Of a stretch of DNA of 64,000 nucleotides, positions 57,707-64,000 are shown in pieces (the first letter of the stretch is position 1; each line of letters begins with the position of its first letter). The notes under the pieces are model-generated. The model saw only the letters and a program-made list of their open reading frames with translations. It had not been told where the DNA came from and made no database searches. The position numbers and the translations under genes were made by a program. Source of the stretch: Schizochytrium sp. TIO01 (lineage: Eukaryota; Protista; Bigyra: Labyrinthulomycetes); NCBI GenBank assembly GCA_004764695.1, contig SMSO01000032.1:8402483-8466482 (forward strand). The letters are read 5' to 3'.

Positions 57707-60700
57707 TCCTTCATTTGTTTGGTTAGTTGTTTCTTTGGGTGTTTAATTGTTTGTTTACGATAAGCTTAGTGGTCTCTGTGCATGATTGAAGGCCATCGAA
57801 CTCTGAGAAGCGCCAAAGTACGCGGCTACGAACCTATTTTTTTGCCCTCCTCCTCCTCTCTTTCATGGGACTTGAGCTCACAGCCGCACGATGCCTGCAT
57901 GGCAAACGCCAGCATGAAAGCAACGCGCGGGTTGGACAACTCAGTTTTGGTGGATAAGGGTTGCGCAAGGTGACAGTGTTCTCTCTGCTCTGCTCTCGAG
58001 GGTGCCAGACTCCACGTCTGACTTAGAAGCTGAAGCCGAAGGCACGAAGGAATAAATGCAAGCAAACTTGCCCTTTTGAAAGCCTTCTGAGCGAGCTTAG
58101 CGCGTTTGGCACAGCCTTGAAGGCAGGCCTTGAGCAGTTGAGATCATGAAGTACTCGAAGATTGCTCTGAATAGGGATAGAGGCGGTGCATCATCAGCGT
58201 CGTCGATCTCCTAGGACCTAGCTATTGCGGAATAGCACTCCCCCTCCTAGTGTACCTACTGGGAATCCTGAGGAGCAGGAGGAGGCCACATCACAGCTAA
58301 CGCTCGCACTTCCTTCCGCAGACTCTGCTCAGGTCTGGGAGGTCTGATTCAATGGCTGTGAAAGCTCTACGATAGAGCCTGATTCAGGGATAACGAGGCG
58401 GCTTTTGGCCGATGAGGATGATGATTGGAGGCCCTTGGAAATTGAAAAGCACAGGTTTCACTCGAGGTGCTCTGTACTACACTTAAAATAGAGCCTTTCA
58501 TGCTGATGAAGGATGAACCAGAACGTTCATTTTTAGATGACATGATGTTTATTTTTTAGGTTTTAAACACCATCTCTTTTTTGGTGCTTCTATTTTACTT
58601 TTTAAAACAAATTAAAAAATTAAATTTAAAAAAAAAAAAAAAAAAACTAATTCAAAGTTTCTGAGTTTCTGTTTTTTTACTTGTTTTTTAAACCTTCGCA
58701 GATCTATTATAGACGTTAAAAGTAAAAGAACAGATATTAAATATTAACTTGATCGATCGTGGAAGGAACAGAACACAGCTTGAACAACTCCGATTCTCAA
58801 TCCACCGAATAGCTTTGTTCTTATTTTATTTGCTTTTTCAATTATATTTACACATAACAGGGCCTTATACACGCGGTACATCAAATAGAGAAAAGAAAAA
58901 AGATCACTCCGCAGTACCCACTTTCCTCCTTCTCTCTCGTTGGCCATTCATCGCCACCATTCAATCGACGCTGCGAACGACTCGGAATGGATGGAGACGA
59001 TCGAGCTCGACGTGGCTGGCGCCTGAAGATGCCTGCCTGCCTGGTCCTAGTGCAGAGGCACGCAATCGAGTCAGTACATTTGCATCCATCCATCCACAGC
59101 ATATGACAAAGCTCAGCACGAAACCACCCAAGCAAGATCAGCCGGTCTCAGAAATAAAGCGAACTTCGAACAACGACAGTTTGAAGTAAATAAATCAATG
59201 AATAAATCAATGAATAAATGTCTTCTCCACTTCTTTTCCCTTTCCTGGCCTGGCCCAGGTAGCACCTGCCTAGGCGGCGGTAGGAGGGCGCAGAGACTCG
59301 AGAGAGGGACGAGGATCGTGGTTGATTCATTCAAAGTTTGCAGAGAGTTTCAAAATTCGAGGGAACAGACACTACGATCGTTTGAATCAAGATTTGAAAA
59401 ATGGAGATACGCGAAGAAGGCGTTCAAATCCACGAAGAGCGGCGCCTTCGCGACGAAGGCAGCGGCCTCGCTCGCAGCTTCAGCAGCAGCGTTCTACAGA
59501 CTGAGCGGCGCGGAGAAGCAGCGGTGAAGTTGGTCTGGACCTGATGGGCGACGTAGCAGGCAATCGCAAGGCGGGATTTGCATCGTGAGCGGGAACTCGC
59601 CGCGACGAACAGTCCATCAACAGCCAATCAGTCAGTCAGTCAGTCAGACTGACAGACCTTCGTGATGGAGGCCACGTCAAGGCGGCGGGCTTTGCTCGAA
59701 CATGATGGACTCTGCTCGCAAGCTTGGCGAGAACTTGAAGCGCGGGACTTGAAGTGCGGAGCGAGTGCGTCGAGAGCACACCCACCCACGCACCACGTTG
59801 GCAGTGGAGAAGTACAGCGGCGAGGATTCGTTGCGGATGGTGGCCATCATCTTCACTCAACATGTACTCCGTGTGCGTGCACAAATCAGGCAGGAAGGCG
59901 AGGCGCCGCAGGGCCTGCCGGAAGGGGGCGGCTGTAAGCTAAATGCTGCAGCTGGCCAGCTTCGCCGCGGGGCTGAGCCCAGCAAGAGGTCCACGCCAGG
60001 ATTCAGACCCTTGGCTAGAAGTTCTGCTTCGAGAGGTGTGTCCTTTTCGAAGCCAACTCGAGTTGGGCTGTCATCGCCAACCTCCCTTGAAGAGGACCAC
60101 CGTGACAACCGCGATCTTTGCTGCGGCGGAGAACCTCACCCTGAAAGCTAGCTAGCTAGCTGGCTGTGTAGCGAGCGAGTGAGTGGGTCGCTCGGACTGT
60201 GCCTCTCTCACCAGGTCCGCCCTCCTCGCGTTGAGCGGCAAACGAGCGGGAGATCTCCCTCTGCTGTGGACACCTCCAGGGTAGAAGGTACCTAGCTATG
60301 CGCTCTCTTCTCTCTCGCCTCGACTCCCACGATGATCAACCAGAATTCCAGAGAGTCCTCTGCACTCCACCGAGAAGAATTCGAGCCAAGTCGCCGTAAT
60401 CGCTGTGAAGACAAGCTGAAGCTTGGTAAGACTAGCTCAGGCACGCAAGTGCCTTGGGAATGGGCTGATTTGGTTGGCTCAATTGGCCTGAGAAAGAGCT
60501 TGGTTGAAGATCGTGTGGTCTTCAGGGTATCACTTCTCTGCCATGGTAAATTTTGAGAGGTGTGCGATGAACAACTTCAACTCAAAGAAGGGGGGGATAG
60601 TAGGCACATAGTGAATAGTAGAAGAGTTCTCGACGGATTCAGTTCAAGGCGGATCGAGGAGACGAAGCGACGTATTAAACAAACAAAATATGATGATCGC

Positions 60701-63700
60701 GATCATCGTCATGAAATTTGCAAGCAGAAAGTACCTAGCTCAAATCTCAAGTCGACCGGTGAACTCGATCAGGACCACATTCAATCCTGGAGCTGCCTCG
60801 CTGCTTGAAGATCTGAGCTACTACTACGACCAGAGCGAACTTTGTCAGACGGATACTCGGGCTAAAGCGCGGGATTCTCGGACAAATGAGAAGGCTGTTG
60901 GACTATTCATTCTTTAAGATTTTGGCTCGATCTTGAGAATCTAAGCAGAAAGGGAAGAGTATGGAGCAGATATACACTGAGGAGATATGTATGCTGCGGA
61001 TTGAAGTGGGAAGCGATCACTTTAAGTGCTTGAGGGCTGATTGTGGATCTTATGAGCGAAGATGGTCTGTAGAAAACTTGCTGCTGCTTCGAGTTGCCTT
61101 TATTGGTTGGCTTGGGAAGGGAAAGATACTGTCCCAGCTCGAAAAGATCTTCTGCCTTCCTTCCACTATTCCCCTCTCCGAGCGCTTTCTAAATTACTGG
61201 TGGACAATAGGCAGTAATAGGCAGAAACAGTAGAGTACACTAAATAAACTATATGCCACTTCTTATCCTTTTTCTTTCTTTCTTTCTTAAATATATAATT
61301 CAAGTTGAAGACCTCATTCCAACTTACTTTTTTAAAAACCTTTTTTTAAAGGCTGTTCGTTCTTTTTTTCTTTTTCTTTTTTAATTCGTTAATAGTAATG
61401 AAAGCGATTGGTTGATCACTGTTTTTTTTACTTTTCTTTTTTTAATATACATATATATTTTTAATTTTAATGAAAAGGGAAAGTTATGCACCGTTCTCTC
61501 TCTTTCATTTTGCTCAAAATCTACTTTCTAACAAATCTTTTCTTTTTTTTAATTATTTCAAAAGTAAATTGAAACTCAAAGTACTTCTTTGAGGAAATAG
61601 AAACAGGAACATCCCGATGGGGGGTATCCTAGACGTCTAGGATTCGCTCACAGGCGTCTCAATTTCAGCTCGGGCTTTGCCGGGAGTGCGGTCCAAAGCC
61701 TTCGGAGTGACTGAGGGGCCCCTCCATACGGGTTCAGGGTGACCCCTTGCAGCCCGGTTTCTGAGGCTCCCCGGCGGCTTCTCGGGGGGGCACGGAAGCA
61801 GTCTTGGAAAGTTGCGTCTTTCCTGCAACTACAAGTTATGTATGGCAATGGTGGAGGAAGAAAGAGACTGGAAATGCATGCATGCATGGCCTGATTAGTC
61901 TAAGTAAGAAGGGCCCAAATCGAAAGTGAGGACGATGGAAATTGTGTGAGCCGAGAGCACGCTCCAGCGAACTTGGCAGAAGTGCTTGGGCGCTACCCGG
62001 TACCAGGCTCCCGAGGGCTGCCTATCTCCCCAGAGGCTTCGACCCAAGCTGGCCAGGCCAGCCAGTGTCTTCTTCCTCACTTGCCCAGGATCGACTTGGA
62101 GTCCGAGCTCATGAGGCAAGTTCAACGCGTTCAAGCTCGACGGAGCTAGCTATAGCTGACTAGCCCAGCTTGCGGAGGGATGAATACCCACGCATGTAGC
62201 TCTCGCGGGATGAGCTCACCGCTGCGGACTTGAAGTGCACAAGCGACAGAGCGAGGATTACAAATTCATGATCTTTTGAACCTCATTCGTGATCTCCAAA
62301 GTGTCAGAGTCTGCCTGCATTTTTGATGGCGCTAGCAAACTTTCTCTGCTTACTGGTCATGCATGTATGATATATTTACAAAGCGTTACCAAAGTTGAAC
62401 TCAAGCAGAAGACCCTAGACTTTGACGATGTCGCTATGCAAACCAGATGATTGATTACCTATGATGATGAGAGTGCCGTGAGCGACCAGGACGAAATTAA
62501 ACTGTTGTTCCTTAGAGAGAAGGTCGCGGGCCACTGGCGCGGCCACCAGCGCGGCGAGAATACGAGATGAGGAAGGAGATTAGGTAGCTAGGTGGTATTT
62601 AAGCAAGGTTAAGGAAGGAGGCCTTTTGGAGGTTTACGAAGGTGCAACAGTTCGTTGCCTCCGACACGCGAGCCATTTCCTGCTCCGAGTTCCAGTTGTG
62701 CTGGTTTACAAATTGCAAGTTGACAAGTTTCATTTGAACGGGATGGTTTGCAATCTCGTTGGCCACAACCTGCGGCTATGTTCAATTCTCGCCATCTAGA
62801 CCAAAGCACCTAAGGAATTTACCCTGGGGAACAAATAAACATTCCTAATGATTTGTAAACTATAGCAGACAAAAGCAAACTTGAGCAATATGCTACGTTC
62901 ATAGTTTAATTCTTTCTTTTTTTTTAAGACAGTTGATGTGATTATGTTGCGCTATTACTTGCTCGTCCTTTAAAAGGCTCCAGGATCGCACATTGGCCCT
63001 ATATAATCGATATTTGTCCTGGCCTATGCCTATCAAATAAAGTTCACATTATTACTCTACTACACTTTAGGACAAAGCAGTTTACACTTGGCAATATCTT
63101 TGAAGATAAGTATAGTGGTACTTCTGTAAGCCTTCATGACAAACATTTAGGAGCACTAGTGGTAATTTCCTGCTCTCTCTAGTCGTGAACTGCTTCTGTA
63201 TATTATGCCACAACCTCTGGCTATGGTGGCGCCTTCGCAAATATGCTTGCTATGTAAATGTAGGCTTCAAATTTAGGTGAGGAAGTGAACTTGAAGTACT
63301 TGTTTTCACAGAAAATGAAAACGTGCTATCAAACATAGTATGATCGTGCAATCTTGGAAATGATCTCAAATGAATAATGTGTTGTGAAATGGAATGTAAT
63401 AGGGATTCATTTTGTCATCTGTGATAAGATATATAGACATTTTCAATCTTGCGTAGATTCTTGCAATTCGAAATGCAGTCCAATGTCTGTTACGCTGCGC
63501 AGACTCAGTCCTAGGTAAATAAAATTCATTTAGGTATGCGAAAAACTTAATAAAAAAACAGCTGGTTGCTCATGAATGCACGGCCTTTTCTACATAGAGG
63601 CCTGACTTCTCCACAGGGGCAGCAGAGTGCAACATAGAAATCACTTGATCCCTTTGCTTCAACTATGTATATTTTTTTATCATAGGTTACAAGACTCTAT

Positions 63701-64000
63701 AATCGTACGGTTGAAAGTCTGTTCAAGCCTCAAAATGCATTTGGGAGCAACGTTCCAGTCAGAAGTCAGAGAATTTGACCAATATGCTTCGATTTGCGGT
63801 AATTCGATTTGACTATTGGAGAGGTCTTGTGTTTCAGAGCATGTTAGTCATAGCTTGCTTAATAATCCGTAAATTTCATCATAATATTAATTTCTTGAAC
63901 AAACATGTGACTTAGAAAACTTCAAAAACAAATTTGTTGAGAAGGCAATTGCGAATCCTTCGTAGACTTTCTACCTATTCAGTGTGGTGTAAGCCAGGTT

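Noticed and set aside
62226-62570. TGA read-through/selenoprotein interpretation of the two-stop frame
   Set aside because: No redox motif context, no start codon or SECIS identified, and TGA is an ordinary stop in real genes here (NCAPH2 and the GNAT-like gene).
63978-64000. TTCAGTGTGGTGTAAGCCAGGTT resembling a tRNA 5' half/A-box
   Set aside because: Truncated by the window edge; no anticodon or T arm is visible.

Overview
Eukaryotic nuclear DNA that is intron-poor and has microsatellite-rich intergenic tracts. The style suggests a thraustochytrid/labyrinthulomycete such as Aurantiochytrium or Schizochytrium, which is an inference and not proven. The left ~37 kb holds 11 well-supported housekeeping genes: a USP deubiquitinase, condensin II kleisin CAP-H2, an Sfp/AASDHPPT-type phosphopantetheinyl transferase, a stand-alone tryptophan synthase alpha, a 4-exon GT31 glycosyltransferase with a 27-nt microexon, the acetolactate synthase small subunit, 2-exon ATIC/PurH, a GNAT-like protein, CWC21/SRRM2, an ADIP/SSX2IP-like coiled-coil protein and a PP2C. 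The right ~27 kb (37.2-64 kb) has no recognisable intact gene. It contains a probable decayed LTR-retrotransposon integrase, coding-like relics, microsatellites, a self-complementary GC island and several patches of ~10-bp-phased TA steps like those upstream of some real genes. I found no CRISPR array, rRNA or convincing tRNA, and no clearly defined novel multi-gene system. The best leads are the phased-TA patches, the candidate hidden transcription units beside them and the structured island at ~61.7 kb.
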